Part shown: positions 1 through 8,888 of the stretch, piece after piece | How the letters are laid out: every line of letters begins with the position of its first letter | Position numbering within the stretch: the stretch's first letter is position 1 | Assembly (NCBI GenBank): GCA_963820825.1 | Contig: CAWGBN010000008.1 | Location: 416,001 to 480,000 of the forward strand | Direction: 5' to 3' | DNA length: 64,000 nt | Source of the DNA: Vulcanimicrobiota bacterium | GTDB taxonomy: Bacteria > Vulcanimicrobiota > Vulcanimicrobiia > Vulcanimicrobiales > Vulcanimicrobiaceae | The notes under the pieces: model-generated | Told to the model about the DNA's origin: nothing | What the model saw: only the letters and a program-made list of their open reading frames with translations | The model's database searches: none | Program-made: the position numbers and the translations under genes

Positions 1-2073
1 GCGTACGGCGAGCTGCGCGAACAGTACGGCGACGAGGTCGGCCTCGCGGTGCGCAGCTCGGCGACGGCCGAAGATCTGCCGACGGCGAGCTTTGCCGGAC
101 AACACGAAAGTTTTCTCAACGTTCGCGGCGATGCGATGCTCCTCGAAGCCTATCGCCGCTGCCTCGCGAGCCTCTTCACCGAACGGGCGATTCACTACCG
201 GCTCGATCAAGGATTCGATCACTTCAAAGTTTCGCTCTCAGTCGGGATCATGAAGATGGTCCGCTCCGACCTCGCCTGCAGCGGCGTCGCCTTCACGCTC
301 GATACCGAGAGCGGCTTCCGCGACGTCGTGCTCGTCACCGGCGCTTACGGTTTGGGCGAGAACGTCGTGCAGGGGAACGTCGACCCCGACGAGTTCTACG
401 TACACAAGCCGACCTACGCGCAGGGTTACCGCGCGGTCTTGCGCCGCCGGCTGGGAAGTAAAGCGCTGCGGCTGATCTTCGCCGAAGGCGATCGTGCCGG
501 CACGACGACGCAGAACGTCGAGACCGACGAAAGCGATCGCAAGATCTTCTGCCTCCACGACTATGAAGTGCTCGAACTTGCCGGAACCTGCATCGCAGTC
601 GAACGCCACTACAGCGAGCTCGCCGGAACGCCGCTGCCGATGGATGTCGAATGGGCCAAGGACGGGTGCGACGGATTGATCTACTTGGTGCAGGCTCGTC
701 CCGAGACCGCCGCCTCGCGCAAGAGCGCGGCGATCGTCGATGAGTACCGGCTCGAAACGGCGGAGCAACCGGTCGTCGTCGGTCGCGCAGTGGGGACGTC
801 GGTCGCGGCCGGTCCCGTGCACGTCGTGCACGACGATACCGATCTCGCGCGCTTTCGCCCCGGCGACGTGCTCGTTGCCGAGAGCACGACGCCGGATTGG
901 GAGCCGGTGATGAAAAGCGCCGCGGCGATCGTCACCGATCGGGGCGGACGGACCTGTCACGCGGCGATCGTGGCGCGCGAGCTGGGAATTCCCGCGGTCG
1001 TCGGAACCGGCAACGCGACGCAACTGCTCGCAGCGCAGAGCGAGGCAACGATTTCGTGCGCTGCAGGCGAGGAGGGGCGCGTCTATCGCGGCCGGGTTCC
1101 GTTTACACGCAGCGAGGTGGACGTCGGCGAACTTCCGTCGCCTCCGGTGAAGCTGATGCTGACGCTCGCCGATCCCGAGAGCGCCTTCGCGCGCAGCTTT
1201 ATTCCCAACGACGGCGTCGGACTCGTGCGCATCGAGTTCATCGCCTCGGACGAGATTGCGGCACACCCGATGGCCCTGCTCCATCCCGAGCGGGTCGCCG
1301 ATGCCGCGGTGCGAGCGAGACTGCGCGAGCTCGCCGCAAACGACGGCAGCGGCCCGGAGTACTTCGTGCGCAAGCTGGCCGAAGGCGTGGGAACGATCGC
1401 GGCGGCATTCTATCCCAAGCCGGTCGTCGTGCGCATGTCCGATTTCAAATCGAACGAGTATGCGAAGCTGATCGGCGGCGCCGCTTTCGAACCCGTCGAG
1501 GCCAACCCGATGCTCGGCCTGCGCGGCGCGTCACGCTACACGCACCCGATGTACGCCGAGGCATTTGCCTTGGAGTGCGCGGCGATGAAGCGCGTGCGCG
1601 AGAAGATGGGATTGAACAACGTTATTCTCATGATTCCGTTCTGCCGGCGCACGGGCGAAGCGAAGGCGGTGGTCGAGCGCATGGACGAACTCGGACTGCG
1701 CCGCGGCGAGAACGGGCTGCAGCTCTACGTGATGTGCGAGATTCCCAACAACGTGGTGCAGATCGACGAGTTCTCGAAATACTTCGATGGGTTCTCGATC
1801 GGTTCGAACGACCTGACGCAACTCGTGCTCGGCGTCGACCGCGACTCCGACCTCGTTGCGCCGGAGTTCGACGAACGCGATCCCGGGGTGCTGGAGATGC
1901 TGCGCCAAGCCGTCACCGGAGCGCACCGCAACGGCCGCTACGTCGGCATCTGCGGACAGGCACCCTCGGATTATCCCGAGATGGCCGAGTTTCTCATCGG
2001 TCTGGGAATCGATTCGATCAGTCTCAATCCCGACAGCGTGATTGCAACGATGCGGCGGCTCGCGAACCGTTGA
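1..2073 (+). CDS. ppsA: Phosphoenolpyruvate synthase (5' end outside window)
   Basis: Open from base 1. Motifs AVRSSATAEDL, QARPET, GGRTCHAAIVARELG (phospho-His), EANPMLGLRG, GFSIGSNDLTQ, GICGQAPS. Confidence 0.96.
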   Translation, partial: AYGELREQYGDEVGLAVRSSATAEDLPTASFAGQHESFLNVRGDAMLLEAYRRCLASLFTERAIHYRLDQGFDHFKVSLSVGIMKMVRSDLACSGVAFTLDTESGFRDVVLVTGAYGLGENVVQGNVDPDEFYVHKPTYAQGYRAVLRRRLGSKALRLIFAEGDRAGTTTQNVETDESDRKIFCLHDYEVLELAGTCIAVERHYSELAGTPLPMDVEWAKDGCDGLIYLVQARPETAASRKSAAIVDEYRLETAEQPVVVGRAVGTSVAAGPVHVVHDDTDLARFRPGDVLVAESTTPDWEPVMKSAAAIVTDRGGRTCHAAIVARELGIPAVVGTGNATQLLAAQSEATISCAAGEEGRVYRGRVPFTRSEVDVGELPSPPVKLMLTLADPESAFARSFIPNDGVGLVRIEFIASDEIAAHPMALLHPERVADAAVRARLRELAANDGSGPEYFVRKLAEGVGTIAAAFYPKPVVVRMSDFKSNEYAKLIGGAAFEPVEANPMLGLRGASRYTHPMYAEAFALECAAMKRVREKMGLNNVILMIPFCRRTGEAKAVVERMDELGLRRGENGLQLYVMCEIPNNVVQIDEFSKYFDGFSIGSNDLTQLVLGVDRDSDLVAPEFDERDPGVLEMLRQAVTGAHRNGRYVGICGQAPSDYPEMAEFLIGLGIDSISLNPDSVIATMRRLANR

Positions 2074-2987
2074 GCCCGCATCTCGATCGGTTCATCGCGC
2101 GGTGCCGCGGCTTCGAGCCGATGCGCACCGCGGTGGTGTACCCGTGCGATGCCGTTGCGCTCGAGAGCGCGCTGGTGGCCGGTACGGCCGGACTTATCGC
2201 GCCCATCCTCGTCGGCAACGCGCGCGCGATCGCCGCGCTGGCGCGCTCTGAAAGACTCAGACTCGAGGGAGTAACGATCGTCGATGCCGCCGACGACCGC
2301 GATGCGGCGGCGCGCGCCGTCGAGCTAGCGCGCGACGGCACCGCCGAAGCGCTGATGAAGGGCAGTCTGCACTCCGACGTGCTCCTCCACGCCATCGCCG
2401 CGCCCGACTCGGGCTTGCATACGGAGCGCCGGCTCTCGCACGCATTCGTGCTCGACCTTCCGGCGCACTCCGAACCGCTGCTCGTCACCGACGCCGTCGT
2501 CAACATCGCACCCGATTTGCACGATAAGCACGATATCGTGCAGAACGCGATCGATCTCGCCCGCGCGCTGGGCATCGAAGAGATTCGCGTCGCGCTGCTC
2601 TCCGCGGTCGAAACGGTCAATCCCAAGATCCACTCGACCGTCGACGCAGCGGCGCTCTGCAAGATGGCCGACCGCGGACAGATCGTGGGCGCTGCGGTCG
2701 ACGGTCCACTCGCGCTCGACGACGCGCTCAGCACCGAAGTCGCCCGCGAGAAGGGCATCGTTTCGCCGGTCGCAGGACGCGCCAACGTTCTCGTGGTTCC
2801 GGAGTTCGAATCGGGGAACATACTGGCGAAGGCGATGATGCTCGTAGGCAGCGCGACGGCAGCGGGGCTCGTGCTCGGCGCACGCGTTCCGGTTGTTTTA
2901 ACCAGCCGAGCCGACACGATCGGCGCGCACGTCGCCTCGCTTGCGATCGCGCGCCTGCTTCACGCCTCGAGCGCTTGCGGATCCTAG
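2070..2987 (+). CDS. Phosphate acetyl/butyryltransferase (PTA_PTB family)
   Basis: TTG start overlaps ppsA stop (TTGA). Motifs ALMKGSLHSD, TDAVVNIAPDL, DGPLALDDA, GNILAK, GLVLGARVPVVLTSRAD. Confidence 0.9.
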   Translation: MSPHLDRFIARCRGFEPMRTAVVYPCDAVALESALVAGTAGLIAPILVGNARAIAALARSERLRLEGVTIVDAADDRDAAARAVELARDGTAEALMKGSLHSDVLLHAIAAPDSGLHTERRLSHAFVLDLPAHSEPLLVTDAVVNIAPDLHDKHDIVQNAIDLARALGIEEIRVALLSAVETVNPKIHSTVDAAALCKMADRGQIVGAAVDGPLALDDALSTEVAREKGIVSPVAGRANVLVVPEFESGNILAKAMMLVGSATAAGLVLGARVPVVLTSRADTIGAHVASLAIARLLHASSACGS

Positions 2988-3727
2988 CACTCAACCTTCG
3001 TGCCGGCGGCAACGCCGGCACCATTCCACAGATTGTCCGCCGCATCGCCCATCGCGATGCGGAGATCGTGGTGCTTTCGGAGTACCGGGATACCCGCGCC
3101 GGAGCTCTAGTGCGTGACGAACTCGGGCGGATCGGCCTGGGCAATCAGGCTTATACGCCGGCAAACCGCGGCAACGGCGTCTTAATCGCCGCCGCGTCGC
3201 ACTTTGACGCTCTGCCCAATCCCTTCGGTCTCCCCGACGAGGATTACCCGAACGCCGTTTTGCTCGCGCGCTTTCGTTCTATGCGCATGTACGGCGTCTA
3301 TCTGCCAGGGCAAGACCGGAAGCGGCCGCACCTGCGATGCCTCATCGCAGCCGCAAAGCAGCAGAATCAAGCCGGCGATGCGGCGATCTGCATCGGTGAC
3401 TTGAACTCCGGGCGCAACGAGACCGACATCGAGATCAACGTGCGATCCGGGCGACTTCGCGATGAGTTCAGCACCGCCGATCTCTACTACGAGCTCGAGC
3501 AAGAGTGGACCGAGGCCTGGGCGCACCTTCATCCCGGGGAGTACGAGTTCAGCTGGTATCCATTTCGCCGGGATCCGGGGTTTCGCAGCCGGGCCGGCTG
3601 GCGGATCGACAAGGCCTTTCTCTCGCCGGCGCTCCTACCGAAGCTCCAAGCAGCCGAGTACGATCACGTCTTCCGGCTCGATGGACTCAGCGACCACTCT
3701 GCGCTTATCGTCGATCTTGCTTTTTAA
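2975..3727 (+). CDS. Endonuclease/exonuclease/phosphatase (EEP, ExoIII-like) family protein
   Basis: N-terminal ILALNL, LSE, IGDLN, EFSW, WRID and SDH motifs. Confidence 0.8.
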   Translation: MRILALNLRAGGNAGTIPQIVRRIAHRDAEIVVLSEYRDTRAGALVRDELGRIGLGNQAYTPANRGNGVLIAAASHFDALPNPFGLPDEDYPNAVLLARFRSMRMYGVYLPGQDRKRPHLRCLIAAAKQQNQAGDAAICIGDLNSGRNETDIEINVRSGRLRDEFSTADLYYELEQEWTEAWAHLHPGEYEFSWYPFRRDPGFRSRAGWRIDKAFLSPALLPKLQAAEYDHVFRLDGLSDHSALIVDLAF

Positions 3728-4268
3728 AGGCTTTATGCGCGGCCTCGATGAGCTTATCGGCGTCTTTCCGGGAGCACTGGCCCTCGAACGTTATTTTATT
3801 ACCTTCCTCTTCCGAATACTCAACGAGAAAACGCTCGATGCCGTGTAACAGCTCTTTCGGGACGTCGCCAAGCTCCTCGAAGTCGTCGGTCTTGAGCGCG
3901 ACGCCTTTGCGCCGGCGGGGACATGCGACGAGCCGATCGTTCTTTACGCCATTCTTCTTGAGAAGAACTCCGCCGATGACGCGAACCTCCAGCAAACAGC
4001 CGGAAAAGGTCGGCGCATCGTTGAGAACCAGCACGTCGAGTGGGTCGCCGTCGTCTCCGAGCGTCTGCGGGATGAAGCCATAATCGTAAGGCCACATCAG
4101 GCCTTCGGCTAAGGTCATCTTCAGCCGCATAATCCCGTACTTCGGCTCGAATGCGAACTTGTGGCGAATGCCGGCCGGCGTTTCGATTACCGCGAAGACG
4201 AACTCTTTGTCCTTCGGCACCCGCGTCGGGATCATGTCGTAGTTCGTCGCGTTGACGGCCGTACTCAT
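3705..4268 (-). CDS. ppa: Family I inorganic pyrophosphatase (divergent)
   Basis: YGFIPQTLGDDGDPLDVLV signature. Confidence 0.85.
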   Translation of the reverse strand: MSTAVNATNYDMIPTRVPKDKEFVFAVIETPAGIRHKFAFEPKYGIMRLKMTLAEGLMWPYDYGFIPQTLGDDGDPLDVLVLNDAPTFSGCLLEVRVIGGVLLKKNGVKNDRLVACPRRRKGVALKTDDFEELGDVPKELLHGIERFLVEYSEEEGNKITFEGQCSRKDADKLIEAAHKAFKKQDRR

Positions 4269-4273
4269 GGTTA

Positions 4274-5119
4274 CTATCTACCACCTTCGAGACGTTGTGA
4301 ATACACGTGCGTAAACTCGGCGCCCAAAAGCACGATCTGCGCCGAATAGTTCGCCCAGATAAGAAAGATAACGATTCCGCCGAAGCTCCCATAGCCCCCA
4401 GAGAGCGCCGCGCGCCCGAGATACCACCCGAGCAGAGACTGACCGAACACGAATAATGCAGCGGATATCGCAGCACCCAGCCAAACCTCGTGCCAGGCGA
4501 TGCGGCGATCCGGTAGAGTCTTATAGATCGCAGCGAAGAGCAGCGTGACAAGAACGGCGGAGAGCGCGAAGTCGAGGATTTTGACCGAGAGGGGATTGGC
4601 GGGGAAGACCTGCGTCAGCGCGCCGGCGGCGACCGTCAACGTGGAGTTAATCGCGACCGACATCAGCAGAAGAAACGCGACCGCCAAGACCATTCCAAAT
4701 GAAAGCAGCCGCGTTCTCAGCGTTTGCAGAAGATTTTGCTTGGCCGGCGTAACGTCCCAGATCGTATTGAGCGCCTCTTGTAGCGAGCCGAAGAGCCCCA
4801 CGGCGCCCAATGCGAAGACGATCCAGCCGAGGATCTGCGCGATGGCTCCGGAGCGCCGTTGTGACAACGTTGCCGAGACGATCGACCTGACACCGCTCGC
4901 CGCCGGGACACCGGCCGTCCTGGACAGATAGTCGTAGAGCTCGGTGAGGGCACGCTGGTGCTCTCCTAAGAAAGCGCCGGCGATATCGACGACGACGATA
5001 ATGAGCGGCGCGATCGCAAAGAGCGTATAATATGCGATCGCCGCGCTCAGCCATTGCGCCTTGTGGCGCCGAAACTCCCCAAGCGTCTCCTTGACGAGCG
5101 AAAGAATAGGTGCGCTCGT
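4274..5119 (-). CDS. YihY/virulence factor BrkB family membrane protein; no canonical start codon at the expected N-terminus
   Basis: Frame stays open upstream of ORF 4274..4867 (SAPILSLVKETLGEFRRHKAQWLSAAIAYYTLFAIAPL), with LQEALNTIW and YGSFGG..W.NYSAQIVLLGAE motifs. ACG at 5119 sits where a start is expected. Confidence 0.85.
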   Translation of the reverse strand, partial: TSAPILSLVKETLGEFRRHKAQWLSAAIAYYTLFAIAPLIIVVVDIAGAFLGEHQRALTELYDYLSRTAGVPAASGVRSIVSATLSQRRSGAIAQILGWIVFALGAVGLFGSLQEALNTIWDVTPAKQNLLQTLRTRLLSFGMVLAVAFLLLMSVAINSTLTVAAGALTQVFPANPLSVKILDFALSAVLVTLLFAAIYKTLPDRRIAWHEVWLGAAISAALFVFGQSLLGWYLGRAALSGGYGSFGGIVIFLIWANYSAQIVLLGAEFTHVYSQRLEGGR

Positions 5120-5123
5120 GCGG

Positions 5124-5660
5124 TTAGCGCCTCGTCTGTTTCTTCCGCGCGGTCGCTCGCTTCGGCGACGATCGTTTCTTCGCCGAAGACTTTCGCACCG
5201 AGTTATTGCGGGCCGGCGCCATCATGCGGTCCTTTGCGGCCTGCATCGTCTCGCCAAGCTCCTCGAGCTCGTCGCCGTCGAGCAACTCGCGGGCGAGCGA
5301 GAAGATCGTCGACTCTTCTTCTTTGACGTGATGCTTGACGTTCTCGCCGAGCACCTGAACCTCGGCCTTGAACTGCTCGTCGGGCTGGCGTCCCGACTTG
5401 AGCAGGTCGATGAGCGTCTTGATCAGCCCGTGCTCGGTGTAGGCCTCGAAGACGTCGACGCTCTCCTCGGCCTCCTCGGCGCGATCTCGCAGCACGGGAT
5501 AGAAGTACTTCTCTTCAATTGTCGCGTGAACGGTTAACGCCGATTCGATCTGCTCGGCCAGAGCGTCGAGGCGCTCGTCGCCCGGTTCGCATTCCACCGC
5601 CTCGTCGAGCAGCGCCGCAACGGTACGGTGATCTTGCTTGAGTAGCGTCAATACGTCCAT
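5124..5660 (-). CDS. Hemerythrin (HHE) domain protein with basic tail
   Basis: LKQDHR, HATIEEKYFYP, EH, HHVKEEE motifs. AAGGAG RBS before ATG at 5660. Confidence 0.9.
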   Translation of the reverse strand: MDVLTLLKQDHRTVAALLDEAVECEPGDERLDALAEQIESALTVHATIEEKYFYPVLRDRAEEAEESVDVFEAYTEHGLIKTLIDLLKSGRQPDEQFKAEVQVLGENVKHHVKEEESTIFSLARELLDGDELEELGETMQAAKDRMMAPARNNSVRKSSAKKRSSPKRATARKKQTRR

Positions 5661-5687
5661 CGGTGAAATCTCCTTTCCACCGACGGT

Positions 5688-5714
5688 CTGCCCCATATCG
5701 CGACGGGCGAAACC
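5688..5714 (-). promoter_or_regulatory. Putative SigB/SigF-type general-stress promoter for hemerythrin-yihY-ppa
   Basis: GGTTT-N16-GGGCAG on the minus strand upstream of the RBS. Confidence 0.45.
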
Positions 5715-5720
5715 TCGCCG

Positions 5721-6722
5721 CTAGCCGGTATGTAGTACCGCGGCGCCGCGCAGCTCGTCGTGTTTGAGCATCGTGAGCGCGCGGTTCGCTTCGGCTAACG
5801 GCATGCCGACGGTATAGGTTTTGATCGGAATCTCACCGGCGATGCGCAGGAACTCTTCTCCGTCGGCGCGCGTGTTCGCGGTGACGCTGCGAATCTCGCG
5901 CTCGTAGAACAGGTCGCGTTCGTAGTCCAGCGGCGGAATCGGCGAGAGGTAGATTCCCGCGATTGCCAAGATGCCGCCGCGATCGAGCGATTCCAAGGCC
6001 GGCGGCACCAGATCGCCGGCCGGAGCGAAGAGAATCGCGGCATCGAGTGGTGCCGGCGGCTTCTCGGCCGCTTCGCCGATCCAGTCGGCGCCGAGCTCCT
6101 CTGCCAACTCGCGATGCACGCCCCCGCGGCTCATCACGAAGACGCGGCACTTCCAATGCTTGAGCACCTGCAGCGCGAGATGCGCCGAGCCGCCGAATCC
6201 GTAAAGTCCGACGATCGCGCCGGGAACGACGCCGGCGCGCTTGATCGCGCGAAAGCCGATGATCCCCGCGCAGAGCAGCGGTGCGGCGTGCTCGTCGTCG
6301 ATCTGCGGTGGGATTGCATAGGCGAAGTCTTCGCGCACGACCGCATACTCGGCGTAACCGCCGTCGTGATCCCACCCGGTGAAGCGCGCGTTGGGGCAGA
6401 GATTCTCGCGTCCGCGTCGGCAGAACGCGCAGGTACCGTCGGTCTCGCGCAGCCAGGCGATGCCGGCGCGATCGCCGAGCGCGAAGCGGCGGGTTCCCGA
6501 TCCGAGCGCTTCGACGACGCCGACGACTTCGTGGCCGGGAACGATCGAGGCATGCTTCGGCGCGAGCTCGCCCTCGGCGACGTGCAGATCGGTCCGGCAG
6601 ACCCCGCACGCGGTGACGCGCACGAGAATTTCTCCATCGCCGGCTTGGGGGCGCGGCCGCTCGACCAGACGCAGCGGATTGTTCTCGATCGGCGCAGGCC
6701 GCTCTAAAACGATCGCGCGCAT
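5721..6722 (-). CDS. Zinc-dependent alcohol dehydrogenase (AdhP-like MDR)
   Basis: CGVCRTDLH, GHEVVG, C..C..GRENLC, APLLCAG, GLYGFGGSA. Confidence 0.93.
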   Translation of the reverse strand: MRAIVLERPAPIENNPLRLVERPRPQAGDGEILVRVTACGVCRTDLHVAEGELAPKHASIVPGHEVVGVVEALGSGTRRFALGDRAGIAWLRETDGTCAFCRRGRENLCPNARFTGWDHDGGYAEYAVVREDFAYAIPPQIDDEHAAPLLCAGIIGFRAIKRAGVVPGAIVGLYGFGGSAHLALQVLKHWKCRVFVMSRGGVHRELAEELGADWIGEAAEKPPAPLDAAILFAPAGDLVPPALESLDRGGILAIAGIYLSPIPPLDYERDLFYEREIRSVTANTRADGEEFLRIAGEIPIKTYTVGMPLAEANRALTMLKHDELRGAAVLHTG

Positions 6723-6728
6723 CGTTGG

Positions 6729-7388
6729 TTACGGACGGATCGAAATGAGGTTCTCGACGTGGCTGACGCCGGGCAGGCTCCAGGCTGCGGCCGCGGCGTT
6801 CTCGCGGTCGAGCCAGGTTCGAACCGAGCCCGCAAGCGTGACCGCACCGCCGGAGAGCGTAATGGTGATGCCGCGCGCCTCCTGGTCGGCCGTACGTTCG
6901 AGTGCGTCATGAATCTTGCGCCGAATTTCGTCGGCGGTCAGTGGAATCTCCGCCTTGACCGCGATCAGATTGGCAACCGACCGCACACCGGTCACTCGGC
7001 GCGCTTCGGCAGCGGCTTCTTCGGCTTGACGGTGCCAGCGCACCTCACCGCTGAGCGTCACGCAGCCGTCTTGCACCAAAAACGTCACCTCGCGCGGAAT
7101 CATCGGATTCGCTTCGAACCGGCGCTCGATTGCAAGCGCGATGTCGGTCTCGGTCAGTTGGTGCGTCGCGGGGAGCTCCACGACGAGCTCGTCGGCGATG
7201 CCGCGAACGCCCCGCACGCGCTTGGCAGCATTTTCGGCGTTCCAGCGCTCGTCGAAGCTCGAAACGGTCCCCCGTAAGGTTACGACTCCATCGCGCACGG
7301 TTACCGCAATCTCCTCGGAGTTGATGCCGGGATCGAAAGCGATCTCCTCGATGATTCGCTCCTGGAGCTCCAGCGACGTCGCATCCAT
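6729..7388 (-). CDS. BON-domain (OsmY-like) protein, three BON domains
   Basis: Three repeats of G.VTL.G.V ... A...GV..V.N/D. Confidence 0.9.
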   Translation of the reverse strand: MDATSLELQERIIEEIAFDPGINSEEIAVTVRDGVVTLRGTVSSFDERWNAENAAKRVRGVRGIADELVVELPATHQLTETDIALAIERRFEANPMIPREVTFLVQDGCVTLSGEVRWHRQAEEAAAEARRVTGVRSVANLIAVKAEIPLTADEIRRKIHDALERTADQEARGITITLSGGAVTLAGSVRTWLDRENAAAAAWSLPGVSHVENLISIRP

Positions 7389-7394
7389 GCGCTC

Positions 7395-7426
7395 ACTCTA
7401 CGGGGCTCCTGCGAAAGTAATGCGAA
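7395..7426 (-). promoter_or_regulatory. TTC direct-repeat promoter, leaderless (BON-adh)
   Basis: TTCGC-N6-TTCGC-N10-TAGAGT-N6-ATG. Confidence 0.75.
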
Positions 7427-7432
7427 GAGAAG

Positions 7433-7464
7433 CTCATCGGTTCTTCACAGGAGAGGCATAGGGT
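7433..7464 (+). promoter_or_regulatory. TTC direct-repeat promoter, leaderless (HPF/RaiA gene)
   Basis: CTCAT-N6-TTCAC-N10-TAGGGT-N7-ATG. Confidence 0.6.
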
Positions 7465-7471
7465 TCACGTT

Positions 7472-7852
7472 ATGAGCGTTCCGGTACAAGTCACCTTCCG
7501 CGGCGTCGATCCATCGGACGCGCTGAGCGAGCTCATCGACAAAGAGGCCGCTAAGCTCGAGGCAATTTTCGCCCGAATCATCCGCTGCCACGTCACCGTC
7601 GAGAAGGTGGAGCGACACCTGCGCAACGGCGCGCCGTTCCAAGTCCGCATCGATTTGACCGTTCCCGGTGCAGAACTCGCGATCGACACGGCTCGAAGCC
7701 TTCGGGCTCCGGCCACCGACGACGAGACGCCGATGCGGCGCAAAAGCGCCGAAATCGACGCGATGCATAAAGACCCGGCACTGACGATTCGCGACGCCTT
7801 TCGCCGCGCGCGCCGGCGGCTGCAAGACTGGATCCGCCGCCGTCGGGAGTAG
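7472..7852 (+). CDS. HPF/RaiA (S30AE) ribosome-associated protein
   Basis: VQVTFRGVDPSDAL, IIRCHVTVE, VRIDLTVPG, IRDAFRRARRRL. Confidence 0.85.
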   Translation: MSVPVQVTFRGVDPSDALSELIDKEAAKLEAIFARIIRCHVTVEKVERHLRNGAPFQVRIDLTVPGAELAIDTARSLRAPATDDETPMRRKSAEIDAMHKDPALTIRDAFRRARRRLQDWIRRRRE

Positions 7853-7862
7853 CGCGCGCGGC

Positions 7863-8885
7863 TCAGGGTGATACAGGGGCGAGCGCGATCTTGCGGATCT
7901 CATTCGATCCCCAATCGACGACGTAGAGGGCGTTCTCCAGCGGATCGTAAGTCAGGTCTCCGGGCGTCGAAAAGCGCGCCGCCGCGCCGACTCCGTCGAC
8001 GCTGCCCGAGCTCTTCGCGCCAGCCAACGTCGTAACGTTCCCGCCGGCGTCGATTCTACGCACGGCATTATTCTGCGAATCGGCGACGTAGACGTTGTCG
8101 GCGGCGTCGCATGCGACGCCCGTCGGCCGATCGAAGCGAGCCGCCGATCGCGCGCCGTCGACGAAGCCGGCGCTCCGCGATCCGGCAAGCGTCGAAACCT
8201 TGCCGCTGTCGTCGATTGCTCGAATCTCGTTATTGCCGGTGTCGGCGACGTAGAGCGTATTCGATTCGCTGCAATAGGCGAGACCGTGCGGATCGTTCAG
8301 CGATTCCGCCAGCGTGGTCACTCGGCCGCGCGCATCGACCATGCGAATGCGATTGCGGCAGCCTTCGGCTACGTACAGCGCTCCTGAGTGTGGATCTGCG
8401 GCGAGTCCGGCGGCGCCGCCGTAGTGCGCGTTGCGCGGCGAGGCGTGTGCAAACCCCGAGGGATCTCCGGTGACGAATCGAGACCGGCCGTTCGCGGGAT
8501 CGATCGCAACGATACCGTCGAACTCCGGTGGCGGGGCGGCAGCCACCGAACCGCACGAAACGCCGCCGATCAAGACGTAGATTCGACGATCGTCCTGATG
8601 GAACGTCATCGCATTGGGCGAGACCGCATAGGCGAGTATCTCGACGTCGCCCAGTTGATCGATGCGCCAGATCGAATCCTTGTTCTCGACGTACGGCCCG
8701 AAGAACGGCACGGTTCCGGCTCCGTTCCAATAGCCGACGTAGATATCGCCGGTTACCGGGTCGCGCACGATTCCGTGCAGATGCGCGCCGGCCGTCGGAC
8801 CGCGCAGAAGATTCGCCTTGACGACGGTCGTGACCGTACCGGAGGCCGTCATCGTTACCGCGAGGAGGAGTGCGGCAAGGTTCAT
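7863..8885 (-). CDS. Secreted NHL-repeat beta-propeller protein
   Basis: Signal peptide. Repeats such as LYVADTGNNEIR, DG..AARF..P.G, VYVADSQNNAVR. Confidence 0.85.
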   Translation of the reverse strand: MNLAALLLAVTMTASGTVTTVVKANLLRGPTAGAHLHGIVRDPVTGDIYVGYWNGAGTVPFFGPYVENKDSIWRIDQLGDVEILAYAVSPNAMTFHQDDRRIYVLIGGVSCGSVAAAPPPEFDGIVAIDPANGRSRFVTGDPSGFAHASPRNAHYGGAAGLAADPHSGALYVAEGCRNRIRMVDARGRVTTLAESLNDPHGLAYCSESNTLYVADTGNNEIRAIDDSGKVSTLAGSRSAGFVDGARSAARFDRPTGVACDAADNVYVADSQNNAVRRIDAGGNVTTLAGAKSSGSVDGVGAAARFSTPGDLTYDPLENALYVVDWGSNEIRKIALAPVSP

Positions 8886-8888
8886 CGT

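Noticed and set aside
897..2069. Long N-terminal extensions of ORFs 897..2987, 8889..11027, 24548..25621, 25188..26651 and 56893..58860, and many Arg/Ala-rich shadow ORFs
   Set aside because: These are alternative-frame or antisense read-through of real genes in high-GC DNA; true starts are supported by overlaps, RBSs or promoters.
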